Of a stretch of 28,352 bases of DNA, positions 1 to 10,000 are shown piece after piece (within the stretch, counting starts at the first letter, position 1; the number at the start of each line of letters is the position of its first letter). The translations under genes were made by a program, and so were the position numbers. The stretch comes from a virus (Duplodnaviria > Caudoviricetes), in the IMG/VR virus record IMGVR_UViG_3300012267_000021, positions 1 to 28,352 of that record; one strand, written 5' to 3'. The notes under the pieces are model-generated. The model saw only the letters and a list, made by a program, of their open reading frames with translations, ran no database searches and was not told the DNA's origin.

Positions 1-370
1 CCACTGCGTCTACTAAAGCACAAACCTGTATTCCGGCCACTGTGCTTCCAATGCTGACCTTTACATAGGCAGGCTTACCTTGCGCTCCCTCTGGAATGTC
101 AGTAATGATCTGAGAGAAGTCTAGGGCCTGAGAAGAAAGTGTAATATCGGCATATCTATTTAAGTGATTTACACCCGATGCGGTTGCAGAAGCAGACCAA
201 GTTCCGGCACCCAATGTCCAGCCGGACTTGCCTTGTTCAAAGGATGAGTTTAGGAGTAGGTTGTCTGCTCTGTATTGAGCTTCGGAGGGCCTAGGCTGTG
301 CGCTAATATCTGCGCTTAGGGCCAACAAACTTAAAAAAGTTATGGTGAGTATAAGCTTAAAAAAAGTCAT
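1..370 (-). CDS. Partial CDS (runs off the left edge, absent from the ORF track): protein with a predicted signal peptide and a carbohydrate-binding-module-like start; possible fibre or receptor-binding protein
   Basis: Manual translation from ATG at 370 (RBS AAGGAG upstream) is open to base 1: MTFFKLILTITFLSLLALSADISAQPRPSEAQYRADNLLLNSSFEQGKSGWTLG... The NLLxNxSFE..GW motif is typical of CBM4/9-like galactose-binding-fold domains. Confidence 0.75.
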   Translation of the reverse strand, partial: MTFFKLILTITFLSLLALSADISAQPRPSEAQYRADNLLLNSSFEQGKSGWTLGAGTWSASATASGVNHLNRYADITLSSQALDFSQIITDIPEGAQGKPAYVKVSIGSTVAGIQVCALVDAV

Positions 371-381
371 AAGTATCTCCT

Positions 382-1992
382 TTAAGAGAATGCTATTTCA
401 AAAGAGTTAATAATTAAATTAGTAATTGCATTTGCAGAGGAAGTTTCTCCAGAATTATTCCGGTAAAGCCTCACGAGAATTTTATCTCCAGGGGCCACGG
501 CAGTTCCGTTTATTTCCCCAGAGGTGTCAGTGAGGTCTACATCCCCGATTGCCTGTAGTTCATTAGATATAGCGGGAACTGTGTTCTCTGTATTTATAGA
601 ATCATGCGCAGTACCAAGAGAGCCTAGGACTGTAGAGCCAGAAGTAATTAACTTACTCGCCGCACTAAAAAATACATTCCCGCTTGTAGCAGAAGTAGCA
701 TAGATTCCTTCTTTCAAAGTTATTTGCTTGCCCGCTCTATAGGAGAGTGGGACTGGCACTAGTGCATATATTTCTTGTTCTGATTCAGCATCAAACCCTT
801 CGACTCTAATACCTTCAACATAATCCGCAATAGGTGCTACAGAAGAGTTCTTCTCCCAAATAAGACTAGTTCCGCCTCCGCCGCCTCCGGCCGGGACGAG
901 TTCTCCGCCCGTAATAACAAAAAATGAGTTCGTATCACTTGAGTAAACTAGCTCTCCATCTTGTGCAGAAGAGGCATAGGTTGTGAGGTTTGCTTCTGTA
1001 TCCTTCTTGGGGTCTAGCCGAGAAGGATTTTCGACTGAGCTATTGGAGAAAGTACCGTTTGTGACTGTACCACTTACGGTCATGTCGGCCACATCTACGC
1101 CCTTATTAAAGGCCACACTATCTCCGACTGTCATATAGGCAGAAAGAGCAGTTTCCCCAGCGTTGGTATTTCTGAAAACTACTTGAGTTCCTCGTGCGAT
1201 GTCTGTGTGGTTTTCACTCGCAGAGTGTTCTACATTCGATGCCTCAAAAGAATCTCCGTTAATGTCAGTAGAGTAAACTTCTGATTTATACAGTGAGTCA
1301 CCACTAAGGACTTGTCCTCCGCCCGCTATTCTTTTCTTTTGATATATGCTTTTAACTGGAGCTATTGTGTCGGACTCATTAAGCCCTTTAAAATTTCCAT
1401 CAATGTGAATTGTCTCTTCTGGGTTAGTAACTCCAATACCTAGCTTGGAGTCTATGATGCGTGCCATTTCTGTGAGGGCAGAAGTGTTATCGTCAGTTCC
1501 CTCGATAACTAAGTAAGAGCCCCGAGCAGTAGCAGTTACATCGTCGCTAGAAACTGCACTAATTCGGGACTGGACTACTTCTACTCCATCGTCCCGAGTA
1601 CCAGTAAACTCTATATCCCCGAGTGAGTCGCCGTCTAAGGTTTGGCCGCCATCTCCTCGCTCTTTTAGGAACTTTAAAATACCTCCGTCAGTATCCACGC
1701 TACTCTTAGTAATTTGAAACTGTGAGTCAGTTGAAAATACTGAGGCAGAGCCAGTGTCCTTATTAATTGTAAATACTGTAATGTCTTGAGTCCCAGTATA
1801 GAGCTTATAATACCAAAGACCACTTGCATCATCGGTTGTGTCTATCCAGTATCCCCCGGCATCTAACTGCGATGGCCTAGACGTTCCACTAAACCCTGAC
1901 ACTACTGCGTCTTTAAACCCGTTAAGAAGTGTTGCGAGTTGATTACCGCTCGTAGTGGTAGGTATGATTTCGTTCCAAATTTGTTGACTCAT
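382..1992 (-). CDS. Tail fibre / side-fibre-like structural protein
   Basis: Lies directly after the tip gene. The N-terminus (SGxSRPS...GYWIDTT...KLYTG) is typical of fibre attachment regions; it also has LGIGVTNPEETIHIDG, two internal repeats and a poly-Gly linker before the C-terminal beta domain. Confidence 0.7.
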   Translation of the reverse strand: MSQQIWNEIIPTTTSGNQLATLLNGFKDAVVSGFSGTSRPSQLDAGGYWIDTTDDASGLWYYKLYTGTQDITVFTINKDTGSASVFSTDSQFQITKSSVDTDGGILKFLKERGDGGQTLDGDSLGDIEFTGTRDDGVEVVQSRISAVSSDDVTATARGSYLVIEGTDDNTSALTEMARIIDSKLGIGVTNPEETIHIDGNFKGLNESDTIAPVKSIYQKKRIAGGGQVLSGDSLYKSEVYSTDINGDSFEASNVEHSASENHTDIARGTQVVFRNTNAGETALSAYMTVGDSVAFNKGVDVADMTVSGTVTNGTFSNSSVENPSRLDPKKDTEANLTTYASSAQDGELVYSSDTNSFFVITGGELVPAGGGGGGTSLIWEKNSSVAPIADYVEGIRVEGFDAESEQEIYALVPVPLSYRAGKQITLKEGIYATSATSGNVFFSAASKLITSGSTVLGSLGTAHDSINTENTVPAISNELQAIGDVDLTDTSGEINGTAVAPGDKILVRLYRNNSGETSSANAITNLIINSFEIAFS

Positions 1993-2013
1993 TTTGTCAT
2001 CCCCTGAATTATT

Positions 2014-5000
2014 TTAAATAACTTGATTTGCTTTTCTTCCATACCCTTTCGCAGTTACATCAAATTGTCTTGATACTTGGACATCACTTCCATCATAGAA
2101 GGTAATGTCGAAACTGGAAAGACTCTTATTGGCTAACACGAAGTAATCCCCATTTTGCGCACTGTCCTGTGTTATTTGTACGTTAGGGGTTGTCTCTGGC
2201 CCTTTGAAGGGAGGAGTATATGCTATATTCGTAGTGCCTATAGCTTCACTCACGACATTGTTTAATGAGAATGTTCTGTCTGGCATATCGGACCTAATTA
2301 TTCCGTCAAACACTCTTGGAGTGACACTTGCTTTATTACTAATTAACTTAAGCCTAAATTGAAAGATGCGTCCAGTAAAATCTCCCATTGTAAACTTAAC
2401 CCACTCCCCAAAATTATCTTGAACACCTTCTGACAAAGGGTCAATTATATCTAGGCTTGTCCATTCGCTAATAGTGTTAAGGTTTGCAGTGTACCTAACC
2501 TGGCTTTCTACATCCCATTCAGAAGTTCTAGCATTAGATAGGGACTCTACATCTGACAGAGGATTCCAACTGTCCATCAAGTCACCTACTGTAAAACCTT
2601 CGGCCTCGATTAATGATTGAAGTCTTACAGTGTATATTTCTCCCAAGTCTAGAAAGTCTGCGTAGTAGTAATATCCGCTAGAGTAGTATTCATTTGTGTC
2701 TACGCCGCCCGAGGTTTTCGTCTGTATTACAAGTGCCCCGCCTGTGACCTCTTTTTTAGTTCTCTCTAACTCTCCATTAAGTGCAGGGAAGTCATTCGTC
2801 TCGTCAATTATATTGAGGTCGAATAGTTCTGGGATGTGAGTCACTGCCAGTGCGGGTAGCTCAGACTCATTTTTGTTAAGGTCTATGGCCTTAATGAAAT
2901 AAGTACCTGTTCTTGCCTGAACTGCTATAGAAGTAGAGTTTTTATCGGCCCTTGCTAAGGGTATAGTATTTTCCCAAGTAATAGTTGTGTCTGTGTTCGG
3001 ATTGTAGCGAATAAGATAGTCGTCTAAGTCTTCATCTAAAACTTCTGACCAGTCAAGTTGAAGCACTTCCCCCGTTATATTTAGGTTTAGTGCTTCTAAG
3101 TCTGAAGGAGGAGTGACTTTAGTAAGTGGAGTGGCAAACACTTCGGGGGCATCGACTAAAGATATTTTCTCCCCTGTGGCAGACACGGCCAGAACTTTAA
3201 ACCCATGCTCTTCGTCAAGGTCATCTTCTCTTACAATGTATTCGTAGTCAGAGTCTTTAGTAACCTCTACTAAATTGTAGCCTCCGCCTACGTCTCGATA
3301 AACTTCATAAGTGGCCACTGCGCTTCCATCTGGAGCGTCCCAGTCAAGACCTATGTAGTATTGGTAATCTCTCCCTAGCACCCTATAAGTATTTTCGACT
3401 ACCTCTAAGTCCTCTACAGCGTTAGGAGCAGACTGACCTACTGTGTCGGTATTTAATTGAGGGTCGTACTCAGGAACGGCCACGCCAGTTTCGGCATCAT
3501 AAATAGCATCTGCTTTTTCGACTAAAGAAATCTGTGCAGTAAGATCATTTTGAGGAGTTATCGAGGCCACTATACAGTCAAAGACTAAATCTCCTACTTC
3601 CCCAATAACTATTAAATCTCCCTTGTCAGGTATTTCTCCGTCTAGTTCGAATGTCTCAAAGTCAACTACGGTCAATGTGTCCGTATAGAAAGAGCCGCCG
3701 GATGATCGATAAGTATATCCGTAATTCAGTCCTGAAATAGTTTCTATTCCATCGTCAATAGTAATAGTAGTGCCGGAAACAGTCCTTACTCTCGCTGGCC
3801 TGCCGCCTACTTTCATAACATCTTGTGTTATTTGTACATAGTCTCCTCGGGTGCAGACCAAATATTCAAAGTCTGTACTGATAGAAATAGTTTCTTGTCT
3901 AAGTCTGTTTTGGGCCATCATGTAGCGGCCAAATCTCCACGCTTGGTGTTGTGAAGTACAGGCGAAAGTAGATAAGTCGTCTATTCTGTCTGCATTAGTC
4001 TTGTCAAACCCATCGTCATACACAGTAATTTCGGTTGCTTTCCAGTTTAGTCCTGGGTCCACAAAGCGTACATTAATAGCGTCTGGGGCCTCGGTGTATT
4101 TTCTGGATGAGCTAAATCCCCACGAGTTTCTAGGAGTAAATATTTGGACAGGTACAGTTTTCTCTCTATCAATTAGAACCCCGTATTTCCCATCGATAAG
4201 GTTTAATGATGCTTGAGCAGCATTACATACAGAGTTAAGTAATTGCTGGAGAGTAGTTTCGTAGTCGAGAATAAAGTCACAAGAAAATCTTGGGTCTACA
4301 AATTGAATGGCAGTTTGGGAAGTCACGACTTCATCACTAAAGGCCGCCCACTCCACTAGAGAGTCAGTGTCTAGTCTTGACTTATCAATGGCACGCTTGT
4401 TGACTTCCCCTGTAAGAAGATCAGAAAAAACCCAAGCAGGATTTCTACTTATCTCCTTATTCCATGTCTGTGTATTTGGGTCGTACACCTCTAATACGGA
4501 GGATGCTGTCCCTGATAGGTTGTCTACATTTCCGTTTATCTGGTTTGTGGCCTTGACCTTGAGCTCAAGAAATAAATGCCTATTGTCTGTAAGAATTGGG
4601 GCCCTGTCGAACCTAGTAGAAATAGAATAAAGTGTTAGCGCGTCTGTAGTTTGGAATGTCTTAGAAGAGTAAGACCTATCACGAGTAATTCTAACCTTAT
4701 AAGATGCCCGCTCCTTAGGAGTGAAAGAAGCTGTAGCATAAACCTGATTTTGACTATTCCCGCTTATTCTAAGTAGGCCAGAAAAAGGCTCAGTAAATTC
4801 TATATCCCCAAGAACTTTCTGAGAAATATAGCCAGGCTCATAGGAACTAAATACTTGTGTGGTTTGAACTATAATGACAATGGAAGAGAGAGGCCTATCT
4901 AGCGTGTACCTTGAAAACCCCCCGCCTATAGGAGTCTCGGACTGAGTTTTAGCTAGGAATTTATCGTCACGACCTCTTCTTATAGAAGTCCCTGTCGCTA

Positions 5001-6288
5001 AACCAGACTGTAATTCTACAGCGGTTTCGCCTTTTTTGTATCCGTAGTTTGTGACCCTAGTAAAGAGTCCAGGTTCGCCGCCTACTAACCCAGGGCCGTA
5101 GTCATACTTGAATATTTCCCTGTAGTCGGCAATGTCTTGTGAGAATAAAGCAGATGCGGTCCATGTGTTAGGAGTAATCCCTCCGGCAGACTTAAAGCTA
5201 TCTACAAAGTTTAGATTGTCGTATCTTCTCCAAATATTCTCCCCTACTTTGGAGAACTCTATTGATAGTTCTATTGTCCTAGTCCCTCTACTTCCGTCCG
5301 AGCCAAAAGCAATGAGTCCTCTTGGACATACGAAATCTAGACTTATAGTTTGAAGACTATTAGCGGGGTTGGGGGAAGCGTTCCTAGTTATTCTGTAGTC
5401 TGCGAGTTGCGCAGTAGGGGATTTATCTATATTCAGAACTGCCGTAGTTCCATCCTTCTCATTGTCGCCTTTATATAAAGTAAATTCAGACTGAGTTATA
5501 TTATCCCACACACCTTCATCAACTGCGGGCTTATTGAGGTCTACCAAGTTGTACGAAACTTCTGCATAGCTACTAATAGGTGTGTCACCTATACTCAGGG
5601 TGCTTTCATCAAGTACCATTGGACCTAGCCCGAAGTCATAAACTGCGTGGAAGTATTGAACTAGTTTACCAGTGCCGGGCTCTGCCTCAATTGTCGTATA
5701 GGGACTAGCGGCGATGTTAGGGAAGAGCCTGTGGGTTCCATAAACCTTAGGTACAAACCCGTATGGTTTAAAGGCGTTGGACTGTCCGCCCAGAGAGTAC
5801 ATTTGAGAGCCCTCAATAGAACTCGCAGAAGAACCCCCAGGATTGCTTGAGGGGTTAGGAGGGGGGATAAGGGAGTTTAGTAAAAGAGTTGTGCCGATTG
5901 TCACGGAGGCTACGGCCAAAGCCCCGCCTATAAGCTGGCCTGTAGTTGCCCCGGCCCCTGGACCTAGAGTAACTGTGGCCACAATCGTAGCGACAATTAT
6001 AGCTACTTGTTTAAATACTTGACCGAAATCTCCACCCTTTAATTCAGGGGATATAAATATTTCGTCTGAGTCTTCTACTGTTATAGTCTCCCAAAACTCA
6101 CGGGGTATTTCTTTTAGATTTATACTTACGACAAACTTTTCTAGTAGTTCTTCGGAAATAACCTCTTCTTCTATATCGAACAAAGACGCTATTGCCCTTG
6201 ATACTAACTCCTTTACTGTTTCGCCCTTCTTGAAAGATAGGGATTTCGGAGTTTCGTCCATGATTTTCGATCTAAATTTAATCGACAT
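2014..6288 (-). CDS. Tail tip / central fibre protein (lambda gpJ-like) with an N-terminal gpI-like region and FN3-like domains
   Basis: 1424 aa. Motifs KPYGFVPKVYG, SRNPAWVFSDLL, FACTSQHQAWRFGRY and FN3-like segments (APNAVEDL..., PPSDLEAL...); follows the NlpC/P60 gene. Confidence 0.88.
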   Translation of the reverse strand: MSIKFRSKIMDETPKSLSFKKGETVKELVSRAIASLFDIEEEVISEELLEKFVVSINLKEIPREFWETITVEDSDEIFISPELKGGDFGQVFKQVAIIVATIVATVTLGPGAGATTGQLIGGALAVASVTIGTTLLLNSLIPPPNPSSNPGGSSASSIEGSQMYSLGGQSNAFKPYGFVPKVYGTHRLFPNIAASPYTTIEAEPGTGKLVQYFHAVYDFGLGPMVLDESTLSIGDTPISSYAEVSYNLVDLNKPAVDEGVWDNITQSEFTLYKGDNEKDGTTAVLNIDKSPTAQLADYRITRNASPNPANSLQTISLDFVCPRGLIAFGSDGSRGTRTIELSIEFSKVGENIWRRYDNLNFVDSFKSAGGITPNTWTASALFSQDIADYREIFKYDYGPGLVGGEPGLFTRVTNYGYKKGETAVELQSGLATGTSIRRGRDDKFLAKTQSETPIGGGFSRYTLDRPLSSIVIIVQTTQVFSSYEPGYISQKVLGDIEFTEPFSGLLRISGNSQNQVYATASFTPKERASYKVRITRDRSYSSKTFQTTDALTLYSISTRFDRAPILTDNRHLFLELKVKATNQINGNVDNLSGTASSVLEVYDPNTQTWNKEISRNPAWVFSDLLTGEVNKRAIDKSRLDTDSLVEWAAFSDEVVTSQTAIQFVDPRFSCDFILDYETTLQQLLNSVCNAAQASLNLIDGKYGVLIDREKTVPVQIFTPRNSWGFSSSRKYTEAPDAINVRFVDPGLNWKATEITVYDDGFDKTNADRIDDLSTFACTSQHQAWRFGRYMMAQNRLRQETISISTDFEYLVCTRGDYVQITQDVMKVGGRPARVRTVSGTTITIDDGIETISGLNYGYTYRSSGGSFYTDTLTVVDFETFELDGEIPDKGDLIVIGEVGDLVFDCIVASITPQNDLTAQISLVEKADAIYDAETGVAVPEYDPQLNTDTVGQSAPNAVEDLEVVENTYRVLGRDYQYYIGLDWDAPDGSAVATYEVYRDVGGGYNLVEVTKDSDYEYIVREDDLDEEHGFKVLAVSATGEKISLVDAPEVFATPLTKVTPPSDLEALNLNITGEVLQLDWSEVLDEDLDDYLIRYNPNTDTTITWENTIPLARADKNSTSIAVQARTGTYFIKAIDLNKNESELPALAVTHIPELFDLNIIDETNDFPALNGELERTKKEVTGGALVIQTKTSGGVDTNEYYSSGYYYYADFLDLGEIYTVRLQSLIEAEGFTVGDLMDSWNPLSDVESLSNARTSEWDVESQVRYTANLNTISEWTSLDIIDPLSEGVQDNFGEWVKFTMGDFTGRIFQFRLKLISNKASVTPRVFDGIIRSDMPDRTFSLNNVVSEAIGTTNIAYTPPFKGPETTPNVQITQDSAQNGDYFVLANKSLSSFDITFYDGSDVQVSRQFDVTAKGYGRKANQVI

Positions 6289-6676
6289 TTCTAACCTCGG
6301 CCCTGTATGTTCCAGAAATCATTCTCTCCCACTTGCTTAGTTTGTCCACTACGCAGCCTGTAGGCATGGAAGTGTGGAGTATTCTCCCGTTCCCTAAGTA
6401 CACCGCGATGTGACTCTCCACTCCAAAAAGCTTTATCAGGAGAATATCTCCTTTTATCTCGGGCCCTTCTACTTTTTTAAAGTCAGACTTGTAGGAATAT
6501 ACTAAGTCGCGCGCTTCGAATTTAGAAGAGGGTATTTCGTCATAATAACTTTTAAGTGTCGTATCCATTTCTGTTTTATAGAACTCTCGGACTATGGCCC
6601 AGCAATCCATCTCAGAGTAAGAGATACCTACTAGGTCAGAATATCCCTGGATATTTCGACGGGACGTATTTCTCAC
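6278..6676 (-). CDS. NlpC/P60-family tail assembly protein (gpK C-terminal-like); start uncertain
   Basis: DCW (catalytic Cys), SHIAVYLGNGRILHT (His/His); position in the tail tip cluster. Confidence 0.88.
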   Translation of the reverse strand: MRNTSRRNIQGYSDLVGISYSEMDCWAIVREFYKTEMDTTLKSYYDEIPSSKFEARDLVYSYKSDFKKVEGPEIKGDILLIKLFGVESHIAVYLGNGRILHTSMPTGCVVDKLSKWERMISGTYRAEVRNVD

Positions 6677-7109
6677 TGGTCATCTCCGTATTTAGGAAGT
6701 TGTCAAGATATAAATTGGCCCTGACTCTTTTCTCATTATAATTTATCGACCCCATTTTAAGCTCTTCTAGGGCCACTTGGACATCATCGGGCAAAGAAGC
6801 AAGTACCATTTCTATTTTTACATCGATGGGGGTAGTTATTTTACGTAGTTCGGAAATCAATTCTAAGGATACATTGTCAAATTCTATAAAAACTTCTCTG
6901 GCACTTTCTCCGTCGTCCGTTGGCAAAGTAATATTCATCGGGAAGGCCTGGTATGTTTGACCCCGACTTTCGATGTCTACTGTGTTGCTTACTAAATATA
7001 TTGTTTGTGCAAAAGTTGGGTGGGACAACGTGGCAAGCATAAGGAATGGGTCGGAACTTACCTGCCCAAATATTTCAGATAGAAGTTCTGGAGATAGTTG
7101 GTTTGCCAT
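6636..7109 (-). CDS. Tail tip/hub protein (DUF1833-like)
   Basis: LATLSHPT..IYLVSNT...YQAFPMNITLP...FDNVS pattern and a C-terminal YPGIF; located between Dit and NlpC/P60. Confidence 0.75.
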   Translation of the reverse strand: MANQLSPELLSEIFGQVSSDPFLMLATLSHPTFAQTIYLVSNTVDIESRGQTYQAFPMNITLPTDDGESAREVFIEFDNVSLELISELRKITTPIDVKIEMVLASLPDDVQVALEELKMGSINYNEKRVRANLYLDNFLNTEMTSEKYVPSKYPGIF

Positions 7110-7463
7110 TTAAGGAACCTCTTCCCAGACCATAGTAACCCTAAACTCTATTCCCCCGAGAGGTCGCACATTAGGAGTTTCTGCAAATCTAAACTCAGTT
7201 TCTTCTCTAGTTATAGGATGGTCGAAATTAAAGGATAGCACTCCTCCATTTAGGGATGTGGTGTAGAAGTTTTTGAAGGTGGTGTATTCCGCTACAGACA
7301 AGTCAATAGAGGCAGAAAATTTGTCGATTCCCTTAGTGTTTCTACGTCTAACTTTTGCGGGCCCTACTTCCATATCAGAGCGAAGTACTGTTTCGCCGAA
7401 AGATACTTGGAAGTCGGCAGTATTCACACAGCTTTGTAATGTTATGGGCCATTGTAGTGCCAT
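7110..7463 (-). CDS. Distal tail protein (Dit / gpM-like)
   Basis: WP...VLRSDMEVGPAKVRRR...LNGGVLSFNFDHP; immediately after the tape measure gene. Confidence 0.75.
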   Translation of the reverse strand: MALQWPITLQSCVNTADFQVSFGETVLRSDMEVGPAKVRRRNTKGIDKFSASIDLSVAEYTTFKNFYTTSLNGGVLSFNFDHPITREETEFRFAETPNVRPLGGIEFRVTMVWEEVP

Positions 7464-10000
7464 TAACTACCTCTTCTTCTAAGACCATATTGAGTAGAGA
7501 ATTGTTTGTCAAAATCCCCACGAGAAAGACCTTCTTTTACCTTGTTTACAATAATGAAATCTATAGTCCTATCGCCCTTGCCATTTACGCCTTCTCTTTG
7601 CTCTACTTGCGCACTGGTGTTATTGACGATATTTATATTCACATTAGGAGAAGCTGCTTTTACGCCTAGGTCGCCCCCGCTCGTTCTTTTAAGAGGAAGT
7701 ATTGCCTCTGGGCCCGCTTCTCCCATAAGCCCCTGGCCAGAAGAAGTTCCGAAAAAAGTAGGGGAGTTTACGACCCCACCACTAGCAAATTTTTGAACGC
7801 CATTTTCCCACGCCCCGCCTTTTGCTTGAGTGATCGTCGGTGAAAAAGACCCGCCTCCTAGTGGTGTTCCTCCTCCTACAGCTCCTCCTCCTCCTACAGC
7901 TCCTAGAATACCTTGAGCCAAAGGCTGGATAATAGAAGCTCGGATAATAACTCTAGTAAGATCGTCTAGTATAGATTGAGTAAGTGCTGCAAACTCAAAC
8001 TTACCTTTCTTGACAAAATCTACTAAAGTATCTTCTAGGCTAGAGAATGTGTTTGATATTGCCTCTGCAATATTTTTTGAAAGTGTTCCGGCCGCGTCAA
8101 TGGCATCGGCACTTCCAGCAATAATAGCTGCTCCAGGTCTAAACTTTTCTGAAACTGAGACGAGCTCTCTGTTGTATTCAATGAGGTCTATTCGACCGTC
8201 TCTTAGTTTTCTATTTAATTGTTCTTGCTCTAGGCCACGAACACTCTCTCTGTATTGTGCAATAGATATAGAAGTAGAGTTTAACTCTCTGCGATAGCTT
8301 CCTAGCTTCTGCTCGTCTAGGCCTTTCTGGAAGTCTTCAAGAGATATTTTACCTTCTTCAAATCTTTTATTAAGGGACTCAAGGTCTAAGTCTCTTAGTC
8401 CTTTAGAGTATGCTTCGAGGTCGCCAGTTCGTTCTAGCTCCTTGTTTAACTTAGAGAACGTGCCAGTAAGACCGAATACTTCATCTCTAACAGAAGATAG
8501 TCTTTTCTCTCTCTCCCTAATAGAAATATTCCCGTCATTGAAGTCAGAGAAAATATCAGTCTCTTTTAACTTAATTAGTTCTTGATTATATCTATCAAGA
8601 CTTATTATTCCTTGGGAGTATGCCCTGTTTAAGTCTTTAAGAGAGTCAATTGCGCCAGAGTCTACTTTTTTTTGTAGCTTCTCTAGCTCTTTTGCTAGGG
8701 CCTCTTCCACTCTTAACTTAGATATATCATCTAACTGTCTTCCTAGGTCGGCAATTGTCGCCCCTGTAACTTTTGAAAGTAATTCAAAATTGTCTATAAT
8801 TCCGTCTAGGCCAAGTTTCTCGTTTAAGATGTCTCCCACTACAGGTATGGAGGCCACTGATTTACCTATGAATACCAAAGTATCTATAAATGCTTTAGCT
8901 ATAGAGGCAAGTGCCTTTTCAGCAATAAGTTGGGCTTTCTCCAAGTCCGTAAATATTAGGAGTATCCCTGAAAGCGCAATTGCGGCCAAGCCTATAGGGG
9001 TTGCTAGGAAAGCTATAGCCGCCGATATTGTCCCGAGTACTCTGATTAAACTTACTGCCAGAAATTGAGTTAGTGTAAGTCCAGAGTTTAATAGCCCTAC
9101 AGCAATCAATGCTTTATTGGCCGCTAGGACTAGAGTAACTCCAAGTGCCACAGAGAGTAATGGAAGTCCATTCTCCGTTAAAAATAAAATTGTTTTAGAA
9201 AACCCTTTAGAAATCCCTAGAGCATCATTGGCCCTTAGTATTCCAACTTGGAATTTGTTAAACGCAATGGCCAAAGTCTGTTCAATAGTAAGCGAAAGGT
9301 TTCCCGCTCTTTTATTTAAAGAATCAAAGTTATTACTTAGTGCAGCAATAGTTTCCTGTGCAGAAATACCGCCTCTTTTCTCTGAGAATTTAAGTAACTC
9401 CCCTCGGGTAACTCCAAGTTGTTTTGCGAGTATCCCACCTATAACTGCGTTGGCCTCTAGGACCGATCTCAGTTCCTGGCCTCGGAGTTGCCCCGATGCT
9501 AAACCTTGTGAAAGCTGGATTACTGCCCCACGTATTTCTCCAATCCCTGCCCCGGCAATCCTAAAAGATTGTTGGAGTGCTTTTGTAATCCCGAGTAATG
9601 CCTCGCCACTAATGCCTGTATCAGTAAGTGCAAGTGCAAGTCTGTTGTAGGAAGTAGCAAGCACGCCTAGAGGGGCTGCCGTGGTGTTGGCCACTTCGGC
9701 CAACTGCTCTATGCGCATATTGGCAAGTTCTGCACTTCCTTCAAAGGCGGTAATTCTATCTCTTAAAAGTTGAATTTCATCGGACGCACGGACTAGTCCC
9801 CGGATTCCAAAGCCCGCAAAAGAAAAAGCGGCAAGGGCACCAAAGGCCCTTTGTAATCGAGTGGCAACATTGGCCGTCCGCTTTACATCTTTCGAGACTT
9901 TGCCTAGTTGTTGGGATACACGCTTAAGACCTTCGGCCCCTTTTGTGTCCACTTGTATTTTTATTACTCTCGCTGCTTGTTGTATTGCCATTCTTTTCAC
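7463..10000 (-). CDS. Tail tape measure protein (start may be ATG at 9991)
   Basis: Tape-measure domain signature IQLSQGLASGQLRGQELRSVLE, a hydrophobic central segment and a lambda-type C-terminus FASGGVV...MGEAGPEAILPLKR. Confidence 0.93.
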   Translation of the reverse strand: MKRMAIQQAARVIKIQVDTKGAEGLKRVSQQLGKVSKDVKRTANVATRLQRAFGALAAFSFAGFGIRGLVRASDEIQLLRDRITAFEGSAELANMRIEQLAEVANTTAAPLGVLATSYNRLALALTDTGISGEALLGITKALQQSFRIAGAGIGEIRGAVIQLSQGLASGQLRGQELRSVLEANAVIGGILAKQLGVTRGELLKFSEKRGGISAQETIAALSNNFDSLNKRAGNLSLTIEQTLAIAFNKFQVGILRANDALGISKGFSKTILFLTENGLPLLSVALGVTLVLAANKALIAVGLLNSGLTLTQFLAVSLIRVLGTISAAIAFLATPIGLAAIALSGILLIFTDLEKAQLIAEKALASIAKAFIDTLVFIGKSVASIPVVGDILNEKLGLDGIIDNFELLSKVTGATIADLGRQLDDISKLRVEEALAKELEKLQKKVDSGAIDSLKDLNRAYSQGIISLDRYNQELIKLKETDIFSDFNDGNISIREREKRLSSVRDEVFGLTGTFSKLNKELERTGDLEAYSKGLRDLDLESLNKRFEEGKISLEDFQKGLDEQKLGSYRRELNSTSISIAQYRESVRGLEQEQLNRKLRDGRIDLIEYNRELVSVSEKFRPGAAIIAGSADAIDAAGTLSKNIAEAISNTFSSLEDTLVDFVKKGKFEFAALTQSILDDLTRVIIRASIIQPLAQGILGAVGGGGAVGGGTPLGGGSFSPTITQAKGGAWENGVQKFASGGVVNSPTFFGTSSGQGLMGEAGPEAILPLKRTSGGDLGVKAASPNVNINIVNNTSAQVEQREGVNGKGDRTIDFIIVNKVKEGLSRGDFDKQFSTQYGLRRRGS

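Noticed and set aside
7868-7904. Short cct-rich tandem duplication
   Set aside because: Encodes a GAVGGG linker typical of tape measure C-termini.
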